NCBI GenBank assembly: GCA_934203075.1
Contig: CAKPYT010000046.1
Coordinates: 5,531-69,530, forward strand
Direction of reading: 5' to 3'
Origin: an uncultured Clostridia bacterium
GTDB lineage: Bacteria; Bacillota; Clostridia; Christensenellales; CAG-314
Length of the DNA stretch: 64,000 bases
Shown in pieces: positions 9,363 to 18,937 of this stretch. Under the pieces are notes generated by a model. That model saw only the letters and a program-made list of their open reading frames with translations. It searched no databases and had not been told where the DNA came from. The position numbers and the translations under genes were made by a program. How positions within the stretch are numbered: position 1 is the first letter of the stretch; each line of letters starts with the position of its first letter.

Positions 9363-9938
9363 ATGACTTTCGATCATCCGCAAGTAGAAGTATTATTCAA
9401 CGAGTTACAGGAAAAATGTGACAAAGCAACCGAGTACATGAAAAGTGAGTTTTCAAACATGCGCGCAGGTCGTGCAAATCCGAAAATTCTGGATAAAGTC
9501 GTAGTGGAATACTACGGAACGATGACGCCCTTGAACCAAATGGGGAATATCTCCATCAGCGATCCGCGCAGTCTGGTCGTTTCGTTGTGGGATAAATCTG
9601 CCTTGGGTAAGGTGGAGAAAGCGATCCTGGCGGCAAATCTCGGGTTGACGCCGCAAAACAACGGCGAAGTGATTCGTCTCACCTTCCCGATTGTGACGGA
9701 AGAACGGCGAAAAGAATTGGTAAAATCCGTTAAAAAATTGTCCGAAGAAACGAAAGTCGTCGTGCGCAACGCGCGCCGCGATCTGCTGGACGGGTTAAAG
9801 AAACTGAAAAACGATAAAGTTCTTTCGGAGGACGCAGTAGCCAACTACGAAAAAATTGCGGAGAAGGCCATCACGCATCAGATGGATTATATCGACCAGT
9901 TGACCAAAGAAAAAGAAACGGACGTCATGTCGGTTTGA
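9363..9938 (+). CDS. frr: ribosome recycling factor
   Basis: SNMRAGRANPKILDKVVVEYYG. The ATG at 9363 lies 7 nt after GGGGGA. Confidence 0.95.
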   Translation: MTFDHPQVEVLFNELQEKCDKATEYMKSEFSNMRAGRANPKILDKVVVEYYGTMTPLNQMGNISISDPRSLVVSLWDKSALGKVEKAILAANLGLTPQNNGEVIRLTFPIVTEERRKELVKSVKKLSEETKVVVRNARRDLLDGLKKLKNDKVLSEDAVANYEKIAEKAITHQMDYIDQLTKEKETDVMSV

Positions 9939-10156
9939 TGCAGCTACAGGACTTGATCGGGCGCAGGACGCAGGACGCCTGCGCCCTTCTTCAAAAAGAA
10001 AACATTCCTTTCATTGTGGAAACGTACGTCAGCGAAAAGCAAAAAAAAGCCGATGCCTGTCTGGTGATTCGTGCAACAAAGTTGCCGGACGGCACAGTAT
10101 CTCTGGTGCAGGGTAATTTTTTGCTGGAAGCGGGCATAATGAAAACAGAGGAGTAG
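9938..10156 (+). CDS. small hypothetical protein (72 aa) between frr and uppS
   Basis: ORF overlaps the frr stop. Sequence LQDLIGRRTQDACALLQKENIPFIVETYV...VSLVQGNF is loosely PASTA-like. No firm family. Confidence 0.4.
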   Translation: MQLQDLIGRRTQDACALLQKENIPFIVETYVSEKQKKADACLVIRATKLPDGTVSLVQGNFLLEAGIMKTEE

Positions 10157-10161
10157 CCGCA

Positions 10162-10845
10162 ATGAAACAACCAAAACACGTTGCTTTTATCATGGACGGG
10201 AACGGACGCTGGGCAAAACAACGCCTGATGCGGCGGGTTTCCGGGCATAAACAGGGGTTGAACACCGTAACGCGCGTTTTGCGCCATGCCAGAGAATGCG
10301 GAATCGAAGTGGTGTCTCTGTATGTGTTCAGCACGGAAAACTGGCATCGCCCGCAGGAAGAAGTGAACGGTTTGTTTCGTCTTGCGCGGGAGTTTCTGGC
10401 AAAAACGGATTTTGCAAAGGAGGAAACGAGAATTATCGTTTCCGGGGATTGTTCCGGACTGCCGGAGGATCTGAAACTCCAGATTCGCGCAACGGAGCAA
10501 AAGACCGAGAAGTTTTCGTTTATTGTAAATCTTTGCATCGATTACGGCGGAAGAGACGAATTGCTGCATGCCGTAAACACGTTGCTGCAAAGCGGCGTAA
10601 CGCATGCGGATGAGAACACGCTCCGTGCGGCGTTGTATCAACCGACGCTTCCCGACCCGGATTTTATCATTCGTACGGGTGGCGAAAAGAGGCTGAGCAA
10701 TTTTTTGTTATTTCAGTCCGCTTATGCGGAATTGTATTTTACCGAAACGCTCTGGCCGGATTTTACGGAAGAAGAGTTTGACCTTGCCCTGCAGGATTAT
10801 TCCAAAAGAAAAAGAAAGTTTGGCAGAATAGAGGAATCCGAATGA
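10162..10845 (+). CDS. uppS: isoprenyl transferase (undecaprenyl diphosphate synthase)
   Basis: HVAFIMDGNGRWA...FSTENW.RP..EV...IRTGGEKRLSNFLL. Confidence 0.93.
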   Translation: MKQPKHVAFIMDGNGRWAKQRLMRRVSGHKQGLNTVTRVLRHARECGIEVVSLYVFSTENWHRPQEEVNGLFRLAREFLAKTDFAKEETRIIVSGDCSGLPEDLKLQIRATEQKTEKFSFIVNLCIDYGGRDELLHAVNTLLQSGVTHADENTLRAALYQPTLPDPDFIIRTGGEKRLSNFLLFQSAYAELYFTETLWPDFTEEEFDLALQDYSKRKRKFGRIEESE

Positions 10846-11684
10846 AAAACAACCTGATCAACCGCATTGTAGTGGGGCTGGCGATCGGTATCGTCTTCGC
10901 AGCGGTGATTTTGACATCTTATTTCATCGATAAAGTGATTTTTTCGGTGTTTTTGTGCCTTTTGATTGCAGTAGCGGTGCTGGAGGTCCGGCACGCCTTG
11001 GGAGAGCGCATTCCGCGGCAGTTGAATCTGCTGATTTTTGTTTTTGCGCTTTGTTTCGGCCTGCCGTATTTTGTGTTCGGGTTTGGCGGAATCGTCTTGT
11101 TTACGCTTTGCGTGTTCGTTGCGGGCAGTGCCGTTACGGTATTGCACGGGTTTTCCGCAAACGTTTTGCAGAATTTCGCTTTTTTGCTGGTGTATCCGGC
11201 GTTAACCTTGTCGTCGCTGTTTTTTGTAAATAGTCTGCCGTTCGGAATGACCGGCGTATTATTGACCGTATTGGTATCCTGCTTTACCGATATGTTTGCG
11301 TATTTCGTGGGGTCTGCTTTCGGCAGGCATCTTTTGTGCCCGCAAATCAGCCCGAAAAAGACGGTGGAAGGCGCCGTCGGCGGGGTAGCCGGCGGTTTGA
11401 TCGGTGCTGTCGTCACCTTTTTGGCAGTGGAAGTGCTGCAGTGGGTCGGCCCGGGGTTGTCTCTTTCCGTCGGGGTAAAAATATTCTATTACGTCATCAT
11501 CGGCATTTTCGGTTCCGTCTGCACGCAAGTGGGGGATCTGACGGCAAGTTTATTAAAACGAAATTGCGGAATCAAGGATTATAGCCGCTTGCTCGGAAGT
11601 CACGGCGGAGTGATGGATCGTGTCGACGGTTTAATGTTCAACGCCTGTTTCGTAGCTCTTTTATTCAGTTTTTTTGCCGTTTAG
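10842..11684 (+). CDS. cdsA: phosphatidate cytidylyltransferase
   Basis: Polytopic membrane protein with the CDS signature SLLKRNCGIKDYSRLLGSHGGVMDRVDG. ATGA overlap with uppS. Confidence 0.9.
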   Translation: MKNNLINRIVVGLAIGIVFAAVILTSYFIDKVIFSVFLCLLIAVAVLEVRHALGERIPRQLNLLIFVFALCFGLPYFVFGFGGIVLFTLCVFVAGSAVTVLHGFSANVLQNFAFLLVYPALTLSSLFFVNSLPFGMTGVLLTVLVSCFTDMFAYFVGSAFGRHLLCPQISPKKTVEGAVGGVAGGLIGAVVTFLAVEVLQWVGPGLSLSVGVKIFYYVIIGIFGSVCTQVGDLTASLLKRNCGIKDYSRLLGSHGGVMDRVDGLMFNACFVALLFSFFAV

Positions 11685-11898
11685 CGGCGCGCTTCCAAAC
11701 GGAAACGCTGTAAGAGCGAAACCGTGTGCGGAAGGGCCGGCCCGGAAGTCTTCGCGGACTTCGGCAGAAAAAGTACGTTTTTCATTGCGGTTTGGCGAAG
11801 AGTTCTTCCGCCGCAAGCAAAGGCGTTGTATGTTTCATCGAAAATTTGCGTGCTTTGGTTTTTAGCAGAATCGAAGCACTTCTGTTATAGAGGCAAAA

Positions 11899-13020
11899 AT
11901 GAAAAGGATCATAGTTTTGGGCAGTACCGGCTCCGTCGGGACGCAAACGCTGCAGGTAATCGCCCGTCACCCGCAGGAGTTTCGGGTCGAAGGGCTGGTT
12001 TGCTATCGTAATTACGAGGCGTTAAAAAAACAACAGGCACGGTTCCCTTCGGCATGGATGGGGTTGCTCGGCACTACGGTGAACGGGATCTGCTGCGGCG
12101 AAGACGTATTCCGTAAAATTGCAGATGCCGATTTCGATTTACTGGTGGTCGCTACCACCGGCATTTTGTCTTTGCAGATTGTGGAGGACACGCTGCAAAG
12201 GGGCATCGACGTTGCCCTTGCCAATAAAGAGTTGTTAATCACCGCAGGCGAATTGCTGACCGGCCCGCACGCGGGGAGGATTCTTCCTGTGGATAGCGAG
12301 CATAGCGCCATTTGGCAATGCACGCAGTTCGGCGAAAAACTGGCGGACGTGGAAAAAATCATTCTGACGGCAAGCGGCGGATCCATGCTCGGCAAAACGC
12401 GGGAACAATTGCAGAACGTAACGCCGGAACAGGTGCTGCGGCACCCGAATTGGAGCATGGGCAAAAAAATCACGGTGGACAGCGCAACGCTAATGAACAA
12501 AGGGTTCGAATTGATGGAAGCACATCATTTGTTCGGCCTCCCGATGAATCGCATTGAAGCAGTGGTGCATCCGCAAAGCATCGTGCATGGGCTAATCCGC
12601 ATGAAAGACGGCGCATTCCTTGCGCAGCTTTCCTCTCCGGATATGAAACTGCCCATTCAACTGGCGTTGACCTATCCCAAGCGGTTGCCTTGCGAAGTGC
12701 GTCCGCTGGATTTGACGGCACAACCTCTCACCTTTTTCCCGCTGGAGCGCAAGCAATTTCCTTGTTTCGATCTGGCACTGCTTGCGGCGGAAAAAGGCGG
12801 AATTTATCCTACCGTGCTGAACGCCGCGAACGACGTGGCGGTGCAAGCGTTTCTGGAGGGAAAAATCTCGTATTTGCAGATTCCGGAAATAATCTCTCAC
12901 GCAATTCACACATATTCGTCAAGCGCTGAAAATAAATTATCGATACAATGGATTATCGAAACAAATGCCGACGTCAAGCGAAGCACGTCGGAATGGCTGA
13001 AAAGAGGAATCAATGGTTAG
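11899..13020 (+). CDS. dxr: 1-deoxy-D-xylulose 5-phosphate reductoisomerase
   Basis: IIVLGSTGSVGTQTL...LPVDSEHSAIWQC...HPNWSMGKKITVDSATLMNKG. Confidence 0.95.
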   Translation: MKRIIVLGSTGSVGTQTLQVIARHPQEFRVEGLVCYRNYEALKKQQARFPSAWMGLLGTTVNGICCGEDVFRKIADADFDLLVVATTGILSLQIVEDTLQRGIDVALANKELLITAGELLTGPHAGRILPVDSEHSAIWQCTQFGEKLADVEKIILTASGGSMLGKTREQLQNVTPEQVLRHPNWSMGKKITVDSATLMNKGFELMEAHHLFGLPMNRIEAVVHPQSIVHGLIRMKDGAFLAQLSSPDMKLPIQLALTYPKRLPCEVRPLDLTAQPLTFFPLERKQFPCFDLALLAAEKGGIYPTVLNAANDVAVQAFLEGKISYLQIPEIISHAIHTYSSSAENKLSIQWIIETNADVKRSTSEWLKRGING

Positions 13021-14107
13021 TTTGTTTTTATTCGCAAGCGTAGCGGACGTATTTGCAAAAATCGGATACGTCCTGATTGCATTATTGATTTTGTTATTCA
13101 TGGTTACGGTGCACGAGTTTGGGCACTACACGGCAGGGAAATTGCTGAAGTTTAAGATTAACGAGTTCTCCGTCGGAATGGGGCCCGTCATCTTTTCGCG
13201 CGAGAAGGCGGACGGGCAAAAAGTCTCTCTGCGGGCGCTGCCGCTCGGCGGTTTTTGCGCGTTTGAGGGGGAGGACGAGGAAAATCCGTCTAAGGACGCA
13301 TTTAACAATCAAGCCCCCTGGAAGAGACTCATCGTTTTGTTCTCCGGCGCTTTTTTCAATTTCGTTTCTGCCGTTCTCATCGGGATTCTGGCGTTCAGCG
13401 TGTTCGGGGCACAGATGCCGGGAATCAAGTCGGTGTATCCGACTTCTCCGAACTATGCCGAAACCGTTACCGCAGAAAATCTGCAGGCAGGCGATATTAT
13501 TTTGGAAGTGGACGGCAAAACGGTGTTTCTCACTACGGATTTGAGCCGTTATTTGTCCAATTCGCAGGAAACGCTGCAGTTGAAAGTGTTGCGCAACGGG
13601 CAGGAAGTCGTTCTGTCCAACGTGAAAAAGGGGAACTTCACCGTTACGGAGGAGGACGGCACGGAAAAAACCTATTATGGGTTGGGTGTCGTTCTGGACT
13701 ATAATGCACACGTGGATTATACTTTCGGGCAGGCGTTGACGCGCACTCTTCCCTATTGCGTGCACGTAGCCGGCTACGTGCTGGAAACGCTCGGCGGTAT
13801 TGTGACCGGTCTGATCGGGCTGGATCAGGTCGGCGGACCGATTACCACCATCGGTATTACCAGCCAGGTAGTTAGCACGGGAATCGCCAATATTCTGTAT
13901 CTCATCGTTCTGATTTCCGTAAACCTTGCCGTATTTAACCTGCTGCCCATCCCCGCGTTGGACGGAATGCGCATGGTGTTTGTTCTCATCGAGTGGATTC
14001 GTAAAAAACCGGTCGATCGTAAGGTGGAGGGCATCATCCATACGGTGGGGCTTGTCATTCTGTTGGGATTTGTGATTTTAGTCGACTTGCTGCAATTGTT
14101 CGGTTAA
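13013..14107 (+). CDS. rseP: RIP metalloprotease RseP/RasP (M50, site-2 protease)
   Basis: HEFGHY zinc motif, a PDZ-like middle region and NLLPIPALDG. 8-nt overlap with dxr. Confidence 0.9.
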   Translation: MVSLFLFASVADVFAKIGYVLIALLILLFMVTVHEFGHYTAGKLLKFKINEFSVGMGPVIFSREKADGQKVSLRALPLGGFCAFEGEDEENPSKDAFNNQAPWKRLIVLFSGAFFNFVSAVLIGILAFSVFGAQMPGIKSVYPTSPNYAETVTAENLQAGDIILEVDGKTVFLTTDLSRYLSNSQETLQLKVLRNGQEVVLSNVKKGNFTVTEEDGTEKTYYGLGVVLDYNAHVDYTFGQALTRTLPYCVHVAGYVLETLGGIVTGLIGLDQVGGPITTIGITSQVVSTGIANILYLIVLISVNLAVFNLLPIPALDGMRMVFVLIEWIRKKPVDRKVEGIIHTVGLVILLGFVILVDLLQLFG

Positions 14108-14324
14108 AACCGTTCAAAAGCAGGAAGACTGCCGAAAAACGAGAGGACGATGCGTTAAAAAGGCGCACGTATGGTAAAATAAAAGCAACAATTTACAAAA
14201 AGATTTTGTAAAAGCACGGCAAAGCGGTGTTCTTTGTGTTTCGGACGTTTGTACGACAATCCGGTCGGGACATCGGATGCGAAAAACCGTAGGGACGGGG
14301 CAGGCAGTGCGGAGAAATAGGGTT

Positions 14325-15350
14325 ATGAAAAAACAAACGCGTAAAGTATGGGTCGGTAACGTCCCGATCGGAGGGGGAGCCCCCGTTGCGGTTCAATCGA
14401 TGACGACCACCGACACGGCGGACGTCGATGCAACGGTGCGGCAGATTTTGCAGCTGCAGCATGCCGGCTGCGATATCGTGCGCGTTGCCGTCCCGAACGA
14501 GGCCTGCGCCGCGGCACTGGCAGACATCAAAAAGGAGGTAACCGTTCCGTTGGTGGCGGACGTGCATTTCCGGTGGGATCTGGCAGAACAAAGCGTAAAA
14601 AACGGTGCGGATAAGCTGCGGATCAACCCGGGAAACATGCCTCTCGGAGCACAGACAACTCGCCTTGCGGCTCTGTGCAGGGAACGGAATCTCCCGGTGA
14701 GAATCGGCCTGAACGGAGGTTCTTTCCAAGGCAAGGGCGACGAGGCGGTTCTGCAGGCAATGCGGCGTTACGTCGACTATTTTGAAAAATGCGGGTTCGA
14801 GCAACTCGTACTTGCGGTCAAGAGCAGCGACGTACTGCAAACGATCCGCTGCAATCGTGCTCTTGCCGCCGCGTTCGATTATCCTCTGCATGTCGGCCTG
14901 ACGGAATCCGGCATTGCGGAAAAGGGTATCGTAAAGTCTGCCGTTGCCATCGGCAGCCTGCTTGCGGACGGCATCGGGGATACGATCCGGGTTTCACTGA
15001 CGGACGATCCCGTAAAAGAGGTGCAGTGTGCGCACGAGATTCTACGCGCCTGTGGAAGAGAAAAGAACTACGCAGAGGTCATCAGTTGTCCCACCTGTGG
15101 CAGATGCCATATCGATCTGGTTCCCATGGCTCGCGCCGTAAACGAACACGTCAAGGATGTGCGCATTCCCTTGCGCATTGCCGTGATGGGGTGTGCCGTC
15201 AACGGCCCCGGGGAAGCCAAAAATGCAGATTTAGGCATGGCCGGCGGAGAGGAGAAAGCGGTCTTTTTTCGTCACGGAAAGGTGTATCGCACCGTGACGG
15301 AAAATATTTTACAAGAATTTTTAGGAGAAATCGATCAACTACTGCAATGA
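14325..15350 (+). CDS. ispG: 4-hydroxy-3-methylbut-2-en-1-yl diphosphate synthase (flavodoxin)
   Basis: VWVGNVPIGGGAPVAVQSMT...SCPTCGRC...VMGCAVNGPGE. Start moved to the ATG at 14325 (MKKQTRKVWVG). Confidence 0.92.
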   Translation: MKKQTRKVWVGNVPIGGGAPVAVQSMTTTDTADVDATVRQILQLQHAGCDIVRVAVPNEACAAALADIKKEVTVPLVADVHFRWDLAEQSVKNGADKLRINPGNMPLGAQTTRLAALCRERNLPVRIGLNGGSFQGKGDEAVLQAMRRYVDYFEKCGFEQLVLAVKSSDVLQTIRCNRALAAAFDYPLHVGLTESGIAEKGIVKSAVAIGSLLADGIGDTIRVSLTDDPVKEVQCAHEILRACGREKNYAEVISCPTCGRCHIDLVPMARAVNEHVKDVRIPLRIAVMGCAVNGPGEAKNADLGMAGGEEKAVFFRHGKVYRTVTENILQEFLGEIDQLLQ

Positions 15351-16951
15351 TTTTAGAGCACATCAGAGAAAAAACAGGGGAAGAATGGAATCAACTTCGG
15401 TTAAGATCCGCCGTTTTGAACAAATCGGATGCGACGGTTCGGCTAACGTTTTCCCATCCGACGTTATTGACGGAGGAGCAGAAAGAAGAACTGACAAGGC
15501 TGGCAAAAGAGTGCCTGCCGCAGTCGTTCGCGGTAAAGGCGGAGTTCGTAAAGGATTATATGGACGAAGATTTGCTGCTTTCCGCCGTGATGCAAAAGAT
15601 GAAGGAGGACTTCTTTTCTTACTCCATGCGCCTGTCTCCGGAGGATGTTTCCGTTTCACGCAAAGAAGACGGAACGTTTTTGGTGAAGTTCAGCGTGGAT
15701 CGGGCCTTGGGCGAATTGATGCAGCAGGCAGAGTTGTCGCAAAAATTGCAGGAATACTTTCTTCGCATCACCACTTACCCTACGGAAGTGACGTGCGATA
15801 TCGTGCGGGAGCCTCAGGGGGTTGCCGAAACGCTGCAAAGTATCGAGGCAAAGGGCGAGCGGATTTTAAGCCGCGAAAGAAGCAAACCGCAGCGCCGCAT
15901 CGAACTGGAAGGCGTTTCGGAATTGGTCGGTAAAAAAATTACCGAACGCCCGAAATACATTATGGATATTCACGACGAGGAAGACTTTTGCGTTGTGTGC
16001 GGACAAATCGGGAATCAGAACGACCGCGTTACCAAAAGCGGGTATCAACTGTTCTCCTTTACCGTAACGGATTTTACGGGCAGCATCAAAGTCGTGATGT
16101 TTCCCAAACCGGATGCGTTTCAGAAATTGCGTACGCTGGTGCCGGGGGATACGGTCGTTTTGCAGGGCAAGGTCACGCTGAACGATTATTCGAAGGAACT
16201 GGAGTTTCGCGCGTTTCAGGTCGGGCGGTGTAAACTGAAGGACGAAAGTTTGCTGCATCGGCAGTTGCATCCCGTGCCGCAGGAATACAGCGTGGTTCAA
16301 CCGATGCCTTACGTGCATCGTGCGCAGAAAATGCTGTTCGAAGAAGCGTTCGTCTGCCCGGAACCGCTCCGCGGGAAGGACTTCGTTGTGTTTGACTTTG
16401 AAACGACGGGGTTGAACTATCTGGAACACAGCCCGATCGAGTTGGGGGCCGTAAAAATGCACGACGGAGAACTGACGGAGATTTTTTCCACGTTCATCTA
16501 CCCGAACGATCACTTAAAAACCAGAGATTTGCCCAAAGAAAAACGGGGTCAGTTGCTTTCGGATAAAATTCGGGAACTGACCGGCATCACGGATGAAATG
16601 TTGGAGGATGCCCCCGCATTTCAGGATATCGTCGCCGATTTTTATAAATTCTGCTACGGGACGATTCTTGTGGGGCACAATGTCAATTTCGATTTTCAGT
16701 TTTTGAACTATAACACCAAAAACAGCGGGTATCTGTTCGATATGCCGCTGGTGGATACCATGGACGTGGCAAAGAAATACTTTGCGCAGCCGGAGTTTCG
16801 CGACTCGCAGCCGGCGGGGTACAGCCTGCGTGCCGTTTCCGCCGCATTGGGAATTGAAAACGAAGGGGCGCACAGGGCCTATTTCGATGCGATCACAACG
16901 GCAAAATGCTTCCTGAAAATGCAAAAAAACAGCCAAATCGTGTTGTTTTAA
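15347..16951 (+). CDS. PolC-like N-terminal/OB-fold/DEDDh 3'-5' exonuclease protein (no PHP or polymerase core)
   Basis: The real start is the ATG at 15347 (ATGA overlap with the ispG stop). The upstream part of the 720-aa track ORF is an out-of-frame overlap of ispG. The OB-like segment VVCGQIGNQNDRVTKSGYQLFSFTVTDFTGSIKVVMFPK parallels the PolC OB domain. Exo motifs are FVVFDFETTGL, LVGHNVNFDFQFL and HRAYFDA. Confidence 0.7.
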   Translation: MILEHIREKTGEEWNQLRLRSAVLNKSDATVRLTFSHPTLLTEEQKEELTRLAKECLPQSFAVKAEFVKDYMDEDLLLSAVMQKMKEDFFSYSMRLSPEDVSVSRKEDGTFLVKFSVDRALGELMQQAELSQKLQEYFLRITTYPTEVTCDIVREPQGVAETLQSIEAKGERILSRERSKPQRRIELEGVSELVGKKITERPKYIMDIHDEEDFCVVCGQIGNQNDRVTKSGYQLFSFTVTDFTGSIKVVMFPKPDAFQKLRTLVPGDTVVLQGKVTLNDYSKELEFRAFQVGRCKLKDESLLHRQLHPVPQEYSVVQPMPYVHRAQKMLFEEAFVCPEPLRGKDFVVFDFETTGLNYLEHSPIELGAVKMHDGELTEIFSTFIYPNDHLKTRDLPKEKRGQLLSDKIRELTGITDEMLEDAPAFQDIVADFYKFCYGTILVGHNVNFDFQFLNYNTKNSGYLFDMPLVDTMDVAKKYFAQPEFRDSQPAGYSLRAVSAALGIENEGAHRAYFDAITTAKCFLKMQKNSQIVLF

Positions 16952-16962
16952 CGAAAAAACAG

Positions 16963-16991
16963 TTGTAAAGAAAACAGGAATGTGGTATACT
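16963..16991 (+). promoter_or_regulatory. sigma-A type promoter for rimP-nusA-infB operon
   Basis: TTGTAA, 17-nt spacer, extended -10 TGgTATACT. An 11-bp leader hairpin without a U-tract follows at 17018-17044. Confidence 0.55.
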
Positions 16992-17062
16992 GTATTTGCT
17001 TGAAAATACTTTACGGTATGAGGGCGGGGTTTTCCCGCTCTCATCTTGGTATAGGGGGTAAG

Positions 17063-17530
17063 ATGTCACAGAAAGTCAGCGAAGCGGTGGCAGAGTTGGT
17101 TCGGCCGTTTGCCGAACAATTCGGGTTGGAACTGGTAGAAGTGGAATACGCTAAAAAATACGGCGGAATGCACCTTACCGTTACGATCGATAAAGAGGGT
17201 GGCGTCAGCCTGGAGGATTGTGAACGGCTGCATCGTGCCATTGACGAGCCGCTGGACGAACTGGATCCGACGGACGGGGCCTCCTACACGCTGAACGTTT
17301 CTTCGCTCGGGATCGACCGCCCGTTAAAGACGGAGCGGGACTTCCGGCGCAATCTGCAGCAGGAGATTACCGTAAAACTCTATGCCCCGCAGGAGGGAAA
17401 AAAGGTGTGGGAAGGCGTGCTGATTTCTTACGACTTTCCGCAGGCATTTACTCTGAAGTGTTCCAACGGGCAGGAACGTACGTTTCAAATCAAAGAAACC
17501 GCACTGGTCGAACCGCTGATTCGGTTCTAG
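17063..17530 (+). CDS. rimP: ribosome maturation factor RimP
   Basis: ELVRPFAEQFGLELVEVEY...LTVTIDKEGGVSLEDCERLHRAIDEPLD. Start at the in-frame ATG at 17063. Confidence 0.9.
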   Translation: MSQKVSEAVAELVRPFAEQFGLELVEVEYAKKYGGMHLTVTIDKEGGVSLEDCERLHRAIDEPLDELDPTDGASYTLNVSSLGIDRPLKTERDFRRNLQQEITVKLYAPQEGKKVWEGVLISYDFPQAFTLKCSNGQERTFQIKETALVEPLIRF

Positions 17531-17575
17531 TGTCGGTACAGTAATAACGGTTATATTTTTGGGAGGCCAAGAAAC

Positions 17576-18673
17576 ATGATTAATAAAGACTTCTTCCTTG
17601 CATTGGAAGATTTGGAAAAGGAAAAGGGCATCGATCCGGAAGTGTTTATCAAAACGCTGGAAAACGCTTTGGCTTTCGCCTGCAAAAAGAATTTCGGCGA
17701 AGCGTATGACGTGGAAGTCAAAATCGATGCGGAAAAATACTCCATCCGCACTTTCTCCTACAAAACGGTAGTGGAAGAGGTGGAGGATCCGGATAAACAA
17801 ATTTCGTTGGAAGAAGCACAAAAATTAAAAAAGACCTACCAGGTGGGGGATCGTATCGAAAAAGAGATTTTCCCGCGCGAGTTTGGCAGAATTGCCGCTC
17901 AAACCGCAAAACAGGTAATCATGCAGGCGCTGCGCGAAACGGAGCGCAACAACATGTATAACGAATTTGTCGACAAAGAAAACGAACTTCTGGTCGGCAC
18001 GATTCAGCGCGTGAAGGAGGACGGGACCGTCTTTGTAGAAATCGGCAAAAACCAATCCGAAGGGATTCTGATGCCGGCAGACCAGATTCCGGGCGAAAAG
18101 TACCACGCGGGGGATCGCATTAAAGTATACGTCAAAAAGGTAAAGGACGGCGCAAAGGGGGCTCAGATCGTGTTGAGCCGTGCAAGTTTCGGTTTTGTAA
18201 AGCGCCTGTTCGAAAGCGAAGTGCCGGAAATCCGCGCCGGATTGGTAGTGATTAAAGGGATCGTACGCGAAGCGGGCTACCGCACAAAAATCGCCGTTGC
18301 CTCCTGCGACGATCAGATCGACGCCGTCGGGGCCTGCGTCGGCACGAAAGGGGTGCGCGTCAATGCAATCGTCAGCGAACTGAACGGTGAAAAAATCGAT
18401 ATCATTCCCTGGAGCGACGATATTCTGGATTATATTGCAAGAGCTCTCAGTCCCGCAAAAGTGCTGATGGTACAGGCGAACGAGGATACGAAGGAAGCCA
18501 AGGTCATCGTTCCGGACGATAAACTGTCTCTTGCTATCGGAAAAGAGGGACAAAACGCCCGGTTGGCAGCACGCCTCACGGGCTGGAAAATCGACGTGAA
18601 GTCTTACACCGTGGCACAGCAAACCGGCCTGCTGGATCTGGCGGATACGGAAACGGAAGAGACGGAGGCGTAA
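17576..18673 (+). CDS. nusA: transcription termination/antitermination factor NusA
   Basis: S1 and KH domains (RAGLVVIKGIVREAGYRTKIAV; GACVGTKGVRVNAIVSELNGEKIDI). GGGAGG Shine-Dalgarno. Confidence 0.95.
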   Translation: MINKDFFLALEDLEKEKGIDPEVFIKTLENALAFACKKNFGEAYDVEVKIDAEKYSIRTFSYKTVVEEVEDPDKQISLEEAQKLKKTYQVGDRIEKEIFPREFGRIAAQTAKQVIMQALRETERNNMYNEFVDKENELLVGTIQRVKEDGTVFVEIGKNQSEGILMPADQIPGEKYHAGDRIKVYVKKVKDGAKGAQIVLSRASFGFVKRLFESEVPEIRAGLVVIKGIVREAGYRTKIAVASCDDQIDAVGACVGTKGVRVNAIVSELNGEKIDIIPWSDDILDYIARALSPAKVLMVQANEDTKEAKVIVPDDKLSLAIGKEGQNARLAARLTGWKIDVKSYTVAQQTGLLDLADTETEETEA

Positions 18674-18937
18674 GTGGAAAAAAAGTATCCGGAACGGATG
18701 TGCGCCGTTTGCCGCACGCTGAAACCGAAAAGAGACCTTCTGCGAGTGGTCCGCACGAAAGAGGGCAAGGTTTTTGTGGATGAAACCGGCAAACAAAACG
18801 GGCGCGGCGCGTACGTATGCAAATCCAGAACTTGCATCGAGCGGTGCATCCGCACAAAGTTGTTCCATAAACTGTTCGGTTGCGAAGTGGATGCGCAATG
18901 GTACGAATCGTTGAAGGAGTATATCGTTGAAGAATAA
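18674..18937 (+). CDS. ylxR: YlxR/RnpM-family (DUF448) RNA-binding protein
   Basis: RMCAVCRTLKPKRDLLRVV...GRGAYVC. GTG start directly after the nusA stop. Confidence 0.85.
   Translation: MEKKYPERMCAVCRTLKPKRDLLRVVRTKEGKVFVDETGKQNGRGAYVCKSRTCIERCIRTKLFHKLFGCEVDAQWYESLKEYIVEE

Noticed and set aside
14789-15346. The N-terminal ~186 codons of the 720-aa track ORF 14789-16951.
   Set aside because: This part overlaps ispG out of frame and is Arg-rich nonsense. The recognisable protein begins at the ATG at 15347, which overlaps the ispG stop.
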